64,000 bases of DNA from Spirochaetota bacterium. Lineage in GTDB: Bacteria > Spirochaetota > UBA4802 > UBA5550. The position numbers were made by a program, and so were the translations under genes. The DNA is taken from the NCBI GenBank assembly GCA_050298055.1, contig JBNKTL010000001.1:133659-197658 (forward strand). The letters are read 5' to 3'. Under the pieces are notes generated by a model. The model made no database searches. It had not been told where the DNA came from and worked only from the letters and a program-made list of their open reading frames with translations. Position 1 is the stretch's first letter; the number at the start of each line of letters is the position of its first letter. This document shows, piece after piece, positions 49,510 to 60,000 of this stretch.

Positions 49510-51126
49510 CTACTCCAGGTAATTCCCTGAAACAGCTGTTGCGAGCCTCTCATATTCCCGGTTTTTCTGCACCTCGGACTGATTTCTTATCTCCGATTCC
49601 TCCCTGTCCTTGAGAAATTTCAGGGCCACTGCAGGGAAAAGGTCGAGGAGCATCTGGTCCTTGATATCTTTCACGTGTCCTTCGGGAGCCTCAGTATGCT
49701 GCCAGGTGGATGTATCAAATCTTTTCTCTTCGCTGGATCCGGTTATTTTTTCCCTGAATTGCGGGTCAATAGGCGCAGGGGTTTGCCCGTATTCGCCCCT
49801 TACCAGTTTTATATACTGGTCGGTGCAGCTTGAATACTCCTCTTCTTCCTGGTTCTTCAAGAGAACATTCTTGACTGCCTGTACACCCACTATCTGGCTT
49901 GTGGGGGTAACCAGGGGGACCGTTCCCGCATTAATCCTGACCCGGGGAACTTCTTTAAGGACATCTTCAAAAAGGTGCGAGATATTCAGCTCCTTGAGCT
50001 GTGTGACCATATTGGAGTACATTCCTCCCGGTATCTGTGCAAGCCTTACCGGCTCATTGGGCGCGGGAAGGCTGAGGGATGCTTCCAGTTTGTGAACGGT
50101 CCTGGTGGCGCTTTCAAAATCTTCCGCCCTTATCTGTTTGATTGCTTCCTCCATGAGCTCATGCTGGTGGTCGTTGAATTCTCCGTTAAATTCAAACCTG
50201 ATATCTTTATAGTTATCGAATGGCGCAAGTTCAATCCTTATTTTTTCAAGTTTTTTCCTTATTTCGGGGAAGACCTCCCTGTTTACCCCTGTATCAATTC
50301 CCATCTTCTCGGCGATTTCACAGACGATCTCAACTGCCGGGTGCGATGGCCCCCCGGAAAAAGGGTATGAGACCACGTCGAGAATATCAACCCCGGCAGC
50401 CATTGCCGCGATATGACAGGTAAGCGCGTAACCGGGTGTACAGTGTGAATGGAGGTTAACCGGGACCTTGACTTTCTGTTTAACTTTTTTTATAAAATGA
50501 TAAGCCATCTTCGGATCAATGAGGCCGGCCATATCCTTGATTGTAATAATATCAGCCCCCATCTCTTCTATACTGACAGCCTTCTCCACAAAGTAATCAA
50601 CATTGTAGATCTCCTTTGGGAAGCTCCCCTTTTTCAGGAGGTGTCTGAATTTTTCTCCGGTGGTGAAAACGGGATTGGTAGTATAGCACATTGCGCAATC
50701 TGCCATTCCTCCCGACTCTTTCACGGCTTTAATTGTCACTTTGAGATTGTTGAGGTCATTAAGAGCGTCAAAAATACGCATTATTGTAATCCCCGATTCA
50801 ACTGCCAGCTTGTTGAACTGGTAAACAACTTCATCGGGATAGGGATTGTAACCGAAAAGGTTAATACCCCGGGCAAGGGCTGTCAGGTGTGTTCGCTTCT
50901 CTGTAATTTCTGTGATTCGTTCCAGTCTTTTCCAGGGGTCGGTGTTGAGAAATCTCATGCATGAATCAAGTGTTGCTCCTCCCCAGACTTCAAGTCCAAA
51001 GTAGTTGGCGTCAAGATGAAGGGGAAGCACCTCTTCTATCTGTTCATTTCTCATCCTTGTAGCAAAATATGACTGGTGACCGTCTCTCAGGTCGAGGTTT
51101 CTCAGTTTTATCTTTTGTTTTTCCAG
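49510..51126 (-). CDS. Pyruvate/oxaloacetate carboxyltransferase (DRE-TIM; OadA/PycB/5S-like), no biotinyl domain; probable CTG start
   Basis: LRDGHQS lies in frame upstream of the track ATG 51054; EVWGGAT, RIFDALND, IKDMAG, HSH, PGGMYSN, LVTPTSQIVG. Confidence 0.9.
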   Translation of the reverse strand: MEKQKIKLRNLDLRDGHQSYFATRMRNEQIEEVLPLHLDANYFGLEVWGGATLDSCMRFLNTDPWKRLERITEITEKRTHLTALARGINLFGYNPYPDEVVYQFNKLAVESGITIMRIFDALNDLNNLKVTIKAVKESGGMADCAMCYTTNPVFTTGEKFRHLLKKGSFPKEIYNVDYFVEKAVSIEEMGADIITIKDMAGLIDPKMAYHFIKKVKQKVKVPVNLHSHCTPGYALTCHIAAMAAGVDILDVVSYPFSGGPSHPAVEIVCEIAEKMGIDTGVNREVFPEIRKKLEKIRIELAPFDNYKDIRFEFNGEFNDHQHELMEEAIKQIRAEDFESATRTVHKLEASLSLPAPNEPVRLAQIPGGMYSNMVTQLKELNISHLFEDVLKEVPRVRINAGTVPLVTPTSQIVGVQAVKNVLLKNQEEEEYSSCTDQYIKLVRGEYGQTPAPIDPQFREKITGSSEEKRFDTSTWQHTEAPEGHVKDIKDQMLLDLFPAVALKFLKDREESEIRNQSEVQKNREYERLATAVSGNYLE

Positions 51127-51411
51127 AGTCTTTCTCCTTTAATTGAACTATCAGTTAATTAATTTAATAAATTGTTTGGCAGTAAGTAAAAAAAACAGCA
51201 TATCTGTTTATTTTTTATCAATTCAAGCAATGCCTGATATTGTCAATATTAATTTGTTCTTTTTCATATTTTGACCGAAAGTGAGGTTTTTGGTTTTTAA
51301 CTGCTCAGATATGTGAGTTGTTGCTTTATTTTTTCAAAATAATTGACAGCAGAATAATTCTGGTATAGTAGTGTGTCTTGTACGGGTAATTTTATAAAAG
51401 GAGTAGCAGAT

Positions 51412-52482
51412 ATGAGACAGCTCTATGGTTTTATTCTTAAATCATTTTTTTCTTTTCTCTTTCTTATTCTGATCTCACTCAGTTTAAGCGGTGCAGATGG
51501 TCCTTATATGAAAGACGTTGATCATGACGGTTTTCCCGATGATCTTGAAAAAAATACCGGCTATAATCCCCGGGTCAATGAAGCCCTTGTGAAGAGTTCA
51601 AAAGGGGGAAAATGTGGAGTAATCAAAACAGATCTTGTAAAAATCGGAAGACCCGATAATGTTCTAATTATACTTGATACATCGGGCAGTATGAAATCAC
51701 GGATGGCCGGTGATTCGAGGATGAATGTTGCAAAGAAAATACTTAAAAAGTATATCAGCGTACTTCCCGGGTCTATGCGTGTGGGTCTTGTTATTTATGG
51801 AAAATCAGGATGTGATGACAGGAGTGTTGAACTGATCGCGCCCATAGGAAAGATGAGCCGGGAGAAGATACTTGAAAAGATTGAAGCTCTTCGTCCCCGG
51901 GGGCTGACGCCTATTGCCATGACACTGAAAAAATCGGTGGAGTATTTCCGGGGATTTGAGAAGGACAACAACAGCCTCATACTTATCAGTGACGGGATGG
52001 AGAGTTGCAGGGGAAATCCTGTTCAGGAGATTATTGACCTGAAAGAGACCAAGGCTGATCCTGAGGTAACGGTTATTGGGCTTGGTGTTGACAGCAGGAC
52101 ACGGAGGCAGCTGGCGGCAATTGCGTCCTCCTCAGGGGGAAAATACTCCGATGTAAAGAGTGAAGGTGACTTTGTTAAGGCATTTTCCGCGTTTTTCGGG
52201 AGGCTGAATAAATTTTATAAGGATATTGTCTGCATTGTGAGACAGTATAATTCATATCTTACTTATGAAACCCAGCAGTATAATAAAAGCAAGGCCTTTC
52301 TTCTCAGGGAAAAAATGAAGGCTACCGGTGATCTCAGGACACGACTTGATGAAGTTGAAGGGGAGATCGACCGGAACCACAGGGAGAGAGACGCGGCGAG
52401 GAACATGATCATCCAGATGGTAAAAAACAAGGTGAAAGATATTGAAGTCGCAACCAAAACCTTCGCAGATATAAAGAGGTAG
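51412..52482 (+). CDS. Exported vWA domain protein
   Basis: SD AAGGAG; signal peptide; DVDHDGFPD Ca-binding-like motif; DTSGS, TP, ISDG. Confidence 0.85.
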   Translation: MRQLYGFILKSFFSFLFLILISLSLSGADGPYMKDVDHDGFPDDLEKNTGYNPRVNEALVKSSKGGKCGVIKTDLVKIGRPDNVLIILDTSGSMKSRMAGDSRMNVAKKILKKYISVLPGSMRVGLVIYGKSGCDDRSVELIAPIGKMSREKILEKIEALRPRGLTPIAMTLKKSVEYFRGFEKDNNSLILISDGMESCRGNPVQEIIDLKETKADPEVTVIGLGVDSRTRRQLAAIASSSGGKYSDVKSEGDFVKAFSAFFGRLNKFYKDIVCIVRQYNSYLTYETQQYNKSKAFLLREKMKATGDLRTRLDEVEGEIDRNHRERDAARNMIIQMVKNKVKDIEVATKTFADIKR

Positions 52483-52493
52483 TCTTTAGACGC

Positions 52494-52859
52494 ATGATAA
52501 ATATCCGCCTGGACTTTGGCAACTTTACCTGTTATGCAGAGCTTTTTGATAATGAAATCGGAAGAAAGTTTGCCGATCATCTTCCCTATTACATAGATCT
52601 TTCCAGCTGGGGCGATGAACTCTACGGCCCCATAGGATTTGATTTCGGGGAAGATGATCCGGTAGACAAAATTCCCGAAGGGGGCCTTGCCTATACAAGG
52701 ACCGGGAACCTCTTCTGTATCTTTTTCGGACAGAAACCGGCATGGAAGGTCGAATATATTGGAAGAATTCTGGATGATGGATGGAGGCGTTTAAAGAGCA
52801 GTCTTGACTACGATACCCTTGTGGTCAGGCTGCGCGAAGAAAACCTTCATCTCCACTGA
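52494..52859 (+). CDS. Cyclophilin-like fold protein (DUF369/DUF3830-like)
   Basis: LP...WGDELY, GGLAY...FCIFFG. Confidence 0.75.
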   Translation: MINIRLDFGNFTCYAELFDNEIGRKFADHLPYYIDLSSWGDELYGPIGFDFGEDDPVDKIPEGGLAYTRTGNLFCIFFGQKPAWKVEYIGRILDDGWRRLKSSLDYDTLVVRLREENLHLH

Positions 52860-52990
52860 AAGACTTCGAAAATATCCTCTAACAGAAAATATACGCTTTT
52901 TTTCTCTTGAAATAAATTATTATTGATTTGTTATTTTTTTTTGTTTATATTGCAAATGAAGATATTGCTTATGTATAAATAATAATAAGG

Positions 52991-53086
52991 GTAACTACTC
53001 AGCAAAGTGTATCAATAGTGATATTTATAAAACATAACGGGTATATCCCCTGCAGAGTTAGGCGGGAATATATTACTGAGTAGTGA
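52991..53086 (-). repeat. Family A MITE-like element, copy 6 (internally deleted)
   Basis: GTAACTACTCAGC terminus, arm homology, decayed hairpin 53042-53072, then CTGAGTAGT. Confidence 0.7.
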
Positions 53087-53103
53087 GAAACAGGGTGATA
53101 ACT

Positions 53104-53388
53104 ATGGAACCAAAAAAAGTATCATTTAAAACACTGGAAAAAGTTATGGACCATCTAAAGGTTGGTTCAGATGAAGCCATCGGCAACTTTCTGTTTAAAG
53201 GTTACAGGATACAGGTGAGCAGGTACAAATCCTCCGGTACTGAAAGGTATATGAGACTTTACAGGAGGAGAAAGGAGAACGGTGAATGTGTTCGCTGCGG
53301 GAAAAAAGTCACAAAGAAGAATCCGCACACAGGGAAGCTTTACAGGCTCTGCGAATATCACAGAGAGATCACAGACAGGAAGAGATAA
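53104..53388 (+). CDS. Small basic Cys/His protein resembling the Leptospira LIC10235 family
   Basis: KGYRIQVS.Y..SG.ER, CVRCG...KNP.TGKLYRLCE.H (recalled similarity, unverified). Confidence 0.7.
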   Translation: MEPKKVSFKTLEKVMDHLKVGSDEAIGNFLFKGYRIQVSRYKSSGTERYMRLYRRRKENGECVRCGKKVTKKNPHTGKLYRLCEYHREITDRKR

Positions 53389-53431
53389 ATCCAGAGGGGA
53401 AAAAATCTGTGATGAAAGTTCAATTTTTCGT

Positions 53432-54922
53432 CTATTGGTCCTGTTCCGGTCTCATGGTTGGGAAAAGGAGTATGTCCCTTATTGAAATTTCTCCGGTGAG
53501 AAGCATCACAAGCCTGTCGATCCCTATACCAAGACCCCCTGTTGGAGGCATCCCGGTTTCTATGGCCTGAACAAAATTTTCATCCATGGGAGGGGCTTCC
53601 TCATCCACATCCCTTCTTAGTGACTGTTCGTAGAGGGTCGTTCTCTGAAATACCGGATCGTTGGATTCAGAGTAGCCGTTTGCATATTCGGTCCCATTGA
53701 TAAAAAGTTCAAACCTCTGAAGATATCTCTCGTCATCGTAATCAGGTTTACAGAGAGGCGTGGTTTCCACGGGATGGTGCGTAATAAAAGTCGGCTGTAC
53801 GATCTTGTCTTCAACAAGGAGCTCAAAGAGCTTGTCAATGGCAAGACCCCTGACATACTCGCCCTTTAGTTCGCCGCCATGCTTTTTCAGGAGTGCTTCA
53901 ATTTCGCTGTCACCGAGGCTTTCAACATCCACATTTCCATATTCCTTAATGGCATCAACCATTTTGATTTTCTTCCACGGTGTTTTCAGGTCTATCTCTT
54001 TTCCGTCAAAGTCAACCTTTGTTGATCCGTTGACTTTCAGGGCGGTCTTTTCAAAAATATCAGCGGTAATATCCATCATGTCCGAATAGTCCGCATATGC
54101 CTGGTAGAGCTCTATCATGGTAAACTCCGGATTGTGTGTCCTGTCGATACCTTCATTCCTGAAGCACTTTCCGATCTCGTAGACCCTCTCCATTCCCCCG
54201 ACGATGAGTCTCTTTAGATAGGGTTCCAGTGAGATCCTCATGTAGAGTTTTATGTCCAGTGCGTTATGATGCGTGGTAAAGGGAGATGCAGCGGCGCCGC
54301 CGTAGACAGGCTGCAGGATAGGAGTTTCAACTTCGAGAAATCCTCTCTTATCGAGGATATCCTTAACGCTTTTTATGATTTCTACCCTTTTTATAAATGT
54401 CTCTTTCACTCCGGGTGTAACGATAAGGTCAACATGCCTGTTCCTGTACCTCAGTTCCTTGTCCGCGAAAAGATCGAATGTCTTTCCGTCCTTTTCTTTT
54501 ACAACGGGAAGCGGCCTGATTGTCTTTGTGAGGAGCGTAAGCTCATCTATAAAAACGGTAATTTCACCAACCTTGGTCTTCCTGACTTTTCCCTTTACAC
54601 CGATGATATCGCCGATATCTAGCTTTTTAAAAAGCGCATACTGTTCATCACCGATGTTTTTTGAGCCCACATAGAGCTGGATCTTTCCCCTGTTGTCAAC
54701 AATGGTGCAGAAACTGGCCTTGCCCATCTCCCTCACAGCCATTATTCTCCCTGCAAGGGAGAGTTTTTTCTCAGATTTAAAATAGTCCTCAAAATTTTCA
54801 ATGATTTCATCACTGAAGTGTGTCACAGGGTAGTTGTAGGGATAGGGATTGATCTTGAGATCGTTTCTGATCTCCCGGATCTTGTTTATCCTGATTTTTA
54901 TGAGATCTCCAAATTCTTCCAT
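53432..54922 (-). CDS. lysS: Lysyl-tRNA synthetase, class II
   Basis: OB fold, GFLEVETP, YGGAAA.PF.THHN, FRNEG...HNPEF, GMPPTGGLGIGIDR. Confidence 0.98.
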   Translation of the reverse strand: MEEFGDLIKIRINKIREIRNDLKINPYPYNYPVTHFSDEIIENFEDYFKSEKKLSLAGRIMAVREMGKASFCTIVDNRGKIQLYVGSKNIGDEQYALFKKLDIGDIIGVKGKVRKTKVGEITVFIDELTLLTKTIRPLPVVKEKDGKTFDLFADKELRYRNRHVDLIVTPGVKETFIKRVEIIKSVKDILDKRGFLEVETPILQPVYGGAAASPFTTHHNALDIKLYMRISLEPYLKRLIVGGMERVYEIGKCFRNEGIDRTHNPEFTMIELYQAYADYSDMMDITADIFEKTALKVNGSTKVDFDGKEIDLKTPWKKIKMVDAIKEYGNVDVESLGDSEIEALLKKHGGELKGEYVRGLAIDKLFELLVEDKIVQPTFITHHPVETTPLCKPDYDDERYLQRFELFINGTEYANGYSESNDPVFQRTTLYEQSLRRDVDEEAPPMDENFVQAIETGMPPTGGLGIGIDRLVMLLTGEISIRDILLFPTMRPEQDQ

Positions 54923-55020
54923 CTGTTTTCTCTGCCGTTAAAATTTTGAAACATTGTTTGCCAGGCAGTGGGGGTGTCAAATTAATTTTCTTTTAATTCC
55001 TGTGATTGGAACCTGTTTAC

Positions 55021-55121
55021 TAAAACAACAATAAAATGTCCCCGCCGCCGAAGGCGGCAGGGACCTATCAGTTATGTTTTTTGTCGAATAGGATTAATTA
55101 TAAACAGAGCTGAGTAGTTAC
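55021..55121 (+). repeat. Family A MITE-like element, copy 7 (left arm partial)
   Basis: GTCCCCGCCGCC-GAA-GGCGGCAGGGAC (55038-55064); terminus AGCTGAGTAGTTAC. Confidence 0.85.
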
Positions 55122-55214
55122 AAAAATATTTATTTAGGCTTTCCTTTGTTGACGAATTATGTAACAATTATATTGATAGCATAAGAATTATTAATTAATA
55201 AAAAAAGAACTATA

Positions 55215-56894
55215 GTGAAAAAGCCGGTTATAACAATACTTATTCTCATCTCAGGAATCACTTCCGCGTCCACTGCTCTCAGGTGGCCCCTGGACAGGCC
55301 CAGGAGGGTAACAGGGACTTTTGGTGAATACAGGGGATTGATGTACCATCATGGAGTGGATGTCAGCACTGCAGGGAAAAAAGGTTTCAGGGTCTTTGCC
55401 GCTGATAACGGCTATGTGAGTTCGGTGATGTATCAGAAGTGGGGGATTGGTTATGCCATTTTCATGAAACATGAGAGCGGTCTCATGACTTTTTACGGGC
55501 ATCTTGACCGGTTTGCTTCGGTAATACTGCGAAATAAAAGGATAAAAGGGGTCAGGGAGAAGATACGAAACAGGGAGGATTTCAGGATCGATTTTCAGAA
55601 GCCGGAAATAAAGGTAAGGAGGGGAGGAGTAATCGGTTATACGGGAGACACGGGGAGAGGCCCCGCGCACTTCCACTTTGAGACACGGAACAGCAGCAAC
55701 ATTCCCGTGAATCCCCTGAAGAATGGGATCTGGGTCCCTGACAGAACGGCACCGGTGATAACTGAAGTTTACCTGGTTCCCCTTGATGCACACTCCCATG
55801 TGGATAACTCTCCCAACGAGTATGTGATCAGTGCAAAGCCGGTAAAGAGGAGTAAAAGGCTCTATGTTCTTAATACGGGGAGTATTCCGGAGATCGGGGG
55901 GAATATTGGAATAAAAATAAAGGCCTATGACAGGGCAGGATACAGGAACAGGGTAAGTCTCTACGGAATTAAAGCGAAAATAAACGGTAAAGAGGCTTAC
56001 AGTATCAGGCTGGATAGTGTTAAAAGAGAGGAGAGCCACAGGATGGGGCTTGTCTTTGATTATGATAATTCAAGTTACCGTGAATTTACCTATTTTCTCT
56101 ATTCCCGGAAAAACCACAAAGGGGCCGTACACTCAGGTGATAAAAATGGTCTCATCAGTATCAGTATAACATGCTCTGATGCAAATAATAACAGGTCGGA
56201 AATCAACTTTAAACTAAAGTCCAATGGAATGCTGAAAAAACCCGCCTACAAATATGTCCAAAACCTGAAAATCGGGAGGGAACTCAAACTTAGGAAGAAA
56301 GACTTTACAATAAAATTTGATGAAAAAGCAGCACTCTATGATGAAAGGGTGGTCCTTGAGAGTGGCGGTTATGACAACTTTTTCCCTCTTTTAACGGTAA
56401 AGAGCAGTGCTTACTCGGTTTCGCCCACAAATCTCTGCCTTGACAGACCGGCCGAGATTGTCCTGAAATACAGTGGTAAGGATTATAAAAAGATAGGGAT
56501 ATATAAAAAGTCCGGGAGGTTTTTTTATTTCATCGGTAATACCTATGACAGTAAAAACAGGTCATTTAAAGTTCATATTAATAAGATGGGAACATTTTTT
56601 CTTATAAAGGATGAGTCTCCCCCTGTGATCAGGTTTCGGGACAGGCTGAAGAGGAAAAGAAACAGAAGTATTGTTATCAGGATAAGGGATATCGGCTCAG
56701 GGGTCGATCTGAAAAAGGTCTCCCTGAAGGTTGACGGTAAAGATGTGATCTGGGACTATGAAATCGATAAGAGATATATTGAGATCCTCCCCCACAACAG
56801 GATCTGGAAAAGGGGAAAGCATATAATCCATATGGTCATTGAAGACAGGGCCGGAAACAGTTCCGGGAAGCAGCAGTTTACTTACTTTATATAG
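55215..56894 (+). CDS. M23 family metallopeptidase
   Basis: GTFGEYR...HHGVD (HxxxD), YGHL, HFHFE (HxH). Confidence 0.9.
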   Translation: MKKPVITILILISGITSASTALRWPLDRPRRVTGTFGEYRGLMYHHGVDVSTAGKKGFRVFAADNGYVSSVMYQKWGIGYAIFMKHESGLMTFYGHLDRFASVILRNKRIKGVREKIRNREDFRIDFQKPEIKVRRGGVIGYTGDTGRGPAHFHFETRNSSNIPVNPLKNGIWVPDRTAPVITEVYLVPLDAHSHVDNSPNEYVISAKPVKRSKRLYVLNTGSIPEIGGNIGIKIKAYDRAGYRNRVSLYGIKAKINGKEAYSIRLDSVKREESHRMGLVFDYDNSSYREFTYFLYSRKNHKGAVHSGDKNGLISISITCSDANNNRSEINFKLKSNGMLKKPAYKYVQNLKIGRELKLRKKDFTIKFDEKAALYDERVVLESGGYDNFFPLLTVKSSAYSVSPTNLCLDRPAEIVLKYSGKDYKKIGIYKKSGRFFYFIGNTYDSKNRSFKVHINKMGTFFLIKDESPPVIRFRDRLKRKRNRSIVIRIRDIGSGVDLKKVSLKVDGKDVIWDYEIDKRYIEILPHNRIWKRGKHIIHMVIEDRAGNSSGKQQFTYFI

Positions 56895-57059
56895 GGGACT
56901 TCAACTGCATACGCTTCGCAAAAAAAACTATATATTTAATCTTCCCTGGTCACAATTTTGATATCGTGTTCTTTCATGCACAACTACTGATAGTAACAAT
57001 ATTTGATAATTCGGTAACTATTGGTTTTTCAAGGTGTTCATAAATCACTTCACCCTGTG

Positions 57060-60000
57060 CTACACTGCCTTGTTGCCGGCAATTTTAATCTTTCTTCTCG
57101 GATACCTGATATAGGGTATGATATCGTTGTTCTTCGATCCGCTTGTTCCGTCGTATTCAATGGTCACTATGGGCACGCCTGTGAGTTCTTCGAATCTCTC
57201 AGTCATGGCCTCGGTCACCAGAGAGGGACAGCAGTAGGATGGATTTGTCTGCACAAAGAGGGAGATATCGGGATGCTGCTCCATAAGGTGAAAGATCTTT
57301 AATATATTGTCTACGGATTCACCTGTCTGGTCCCGGGTCACATCCATCCTGGCAAGGACCTTTTCCGGATCAGAAAAGACTTTGTGTTTTTTTCTGTTGA
57401 GAAAACCGTTAAACAGAGTGTTGTATTTTCTTTCAACAAGTTCCACGGCGGTTTTGATCATTTTTAATTTTGCGGCATAGAGATATTTTCCCTGTCTCAT
57501 CCACTTTTTTAAATAGGTCTCGGCAATGATCTTCATGAATTCGTTGTAGGGTGTTGTAATGACTTCACCCCCCTGTTCTTCGATATATTCGATCAGGTTC
57601 TGGTTCATAATATCGTTATCCCGGACATAGAGATCCCCGATAACGGCAACTTTTGGTCTCTCGGTTTTTGTTCGCTCGATTTTATCAAAAAGCGAGAGAA
57701 TGATCTCAATTGCAGTCTCTTTTGACCTGTCAGTGAGGAATGTATCAATAAGGATTTGGCGTGATGTCTCAATGACCCTGTTGGTATCCCCCTTATTTTT
57801 CTCATAGGGTCGTATGCTGCATCCGACTTTTTTAATAAGGCCGCTGAACATGTAGGCCAGGTATGAATTTAACGATGCGTTGAATGAAATATCGTGATAA
57901 ACGATCTCTCCCGCATAAACGGAGATATCACTGAACTTTTCATCGTATGCATGGATTGTCTTTTTTATAAAGTGAGAGAACATCCCGAGGTTACACGCGA
58001 TTTTTGAATCGATTGCCCATATGGCGCAGTTTTCCGGCTTGAGGTTGTGTGTATTGATATAATCAATTGCCTCATAGGCGATTATAGAGAGGGGGAGACA
58101 CTGACCGGAATTCAAGCCTGTCCCGAGCTGGATTTTTTCCTCTGTTTCTTCAAGAGCTCTTGCGTCAACACCCTCTTTTTTCAGAACAGCTTCAAGGAGT
58201 GAACATGTAAAGTTGTCCCAGTTGGGGATAAGGAGAGTTTTTCCTTTCAGGCTTGCCGGACCTTTCAAAAAATTAAAATTGCCAATTTTGCTCTTTACGC
58301 TGGCTTGTTTTTTTCGTTTCAGGTGGTGATTGTTGAATGACCTGATACACGATTCTATCCTTGTTTCATATCCCACATTGGAATTATGTTCATCAAGCTG
58401 AAGAATAAGGTAGGGTTTGTCATACGAATCCATAATATCCTTAAAGTACTCAACCACAAATGCGTCCGGTGTGCACTTGAATGAGGTGAGGAATACCGGG
58501 TAGAGGCCGGGAGTTTGAGCAACCTGTTGTGCGGCTTCTATTATTGTTGATGCATATCTCCAGTGAAGGGCATCGGAAAGGTCTTCTACGGGCCTAATGG
58601 CGTCCCGGTCAAATTCAAGCATCTCCTGGTAAAAGGCCTTGATCCCCAGCCTGTTAAAGATATCGGGGATCCTGCTGTTCATGGATTCGTCTAAGATTGA
58701 ATAGGGTCTTCCCAGGAGCATGACACTTATCTTCTCTGAGTTTTTAAGTTCTTTCCTGAACAGGGATTTTAGCTTGCTGTGTGCGGCGTTTCTCTCCTTC
58801 AGTGCTCTGTCATAAGCTGAAGTAATGTTGAGAAAGTTTGGAGTTTTCCCCTTTATTTTTTTTACAGTATTAAAGAGCTGGAACCTTATGTTAAAATCGC
58901 TGTTTAACGATTTGATTACAGGTGTCAGTATTTTATCTCTATTTTTCAGCTGTGTATTGGAGAGAATGATACTTGAGGCAAACTGGGTGTAGTAGCAATA
59001 GTTCCTTTTGACCTCCTTCTCACCAGTCCTGTTCTCAATATAAGTCGGGAGAAAGATAAAGTCGCACCTGTCGTTGAGGTAATCAATATGCCCGTGAAGG
59101 GAAGCCATGGGCGCGCAGAACTCTGCCTGTGCGATCTTCTTCCCGTCACTGATACTTTTGGTATACTCCCTGCTCGTTACGGTTTTGATGGAAAGCAGGT
59201 TAAAGAACCTCTCCCAGAGTTCCACATCTTCGGTTACATGTAATGCAGCGGGAATGCCCACAACCGGTGAGTCTTCGACTTCCCTTTTCTCATTATTCCT
59301 GAATACCCTGTTTCTCGTTTTCAGGAGATCGAAACCTGAAGTTTCACTTTTGACAAACTTTTTTGTTTCATAATCACGTCCGCAGAGAAATCCGTACGCG
59401 ACTTTCTCGCCGTCTATATTTACCAGGCTTATCTTGCAGCTGTTGTTGCAGAGAGCACAGACCTCGTATTCGGTATCGATTGTCTTCTCATATATCTTAA
59501 GGCCCCTGAAATTAGTTTCATGAATGCCGTTGTCATGGAGGGTAAGGGCAGACCCGAGAGCACCGGTAAGGTGACAGTACTTTGAGACCATAATAGGTTT
59601 TTCGAGCTTCTGTTCGAAGGCCGCCACAAGGGCCCTGTTTTTTGCAGTGGCCCCCTGGAAAAAAATCTTCTCCCCGATGTTTTTTTCGGTGGCTACCTTG
59701 GAGAGATAGTTGTCTCTCACTGAATGAAGTGCGGATGCCAGGATCTCGTTTCTTTCATATCCGTCACTGATGTAGTGGTTAAGATCTCTCTCCATGAAAA
59801 CCGTACACCTGTCGCTCGAAAGAGGTGCCTTTGAGTTGAGAGCTCTCCGGGAGTAATCCTCTATGGGGCAGTCGAGTTTCTTTGCCTGCTCTTCAATAAA
59901 GCTTCCCGTTCCCGCGGCGCAGACATTGTTCATAATTGAGAAAGTCACCATGCCGTTTTTCAGTGTCGTAAACTTTGAGTCCTGGCCGCCTATCTCGATT

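Noticed and set aside
49668..49683. Additional parS site (TTTCACGTG core)
   Set aside because: Only a partial match with no flanking palindrome.
1410..56039. Long antisense or alternate-frame ORFs in the track (e.g. 1410-2204, 14016-14687, 21057-21956, 38637-39425, 55251-56039)
   Set aside because: They shadow well-supported genes and have no recognisable motifs.
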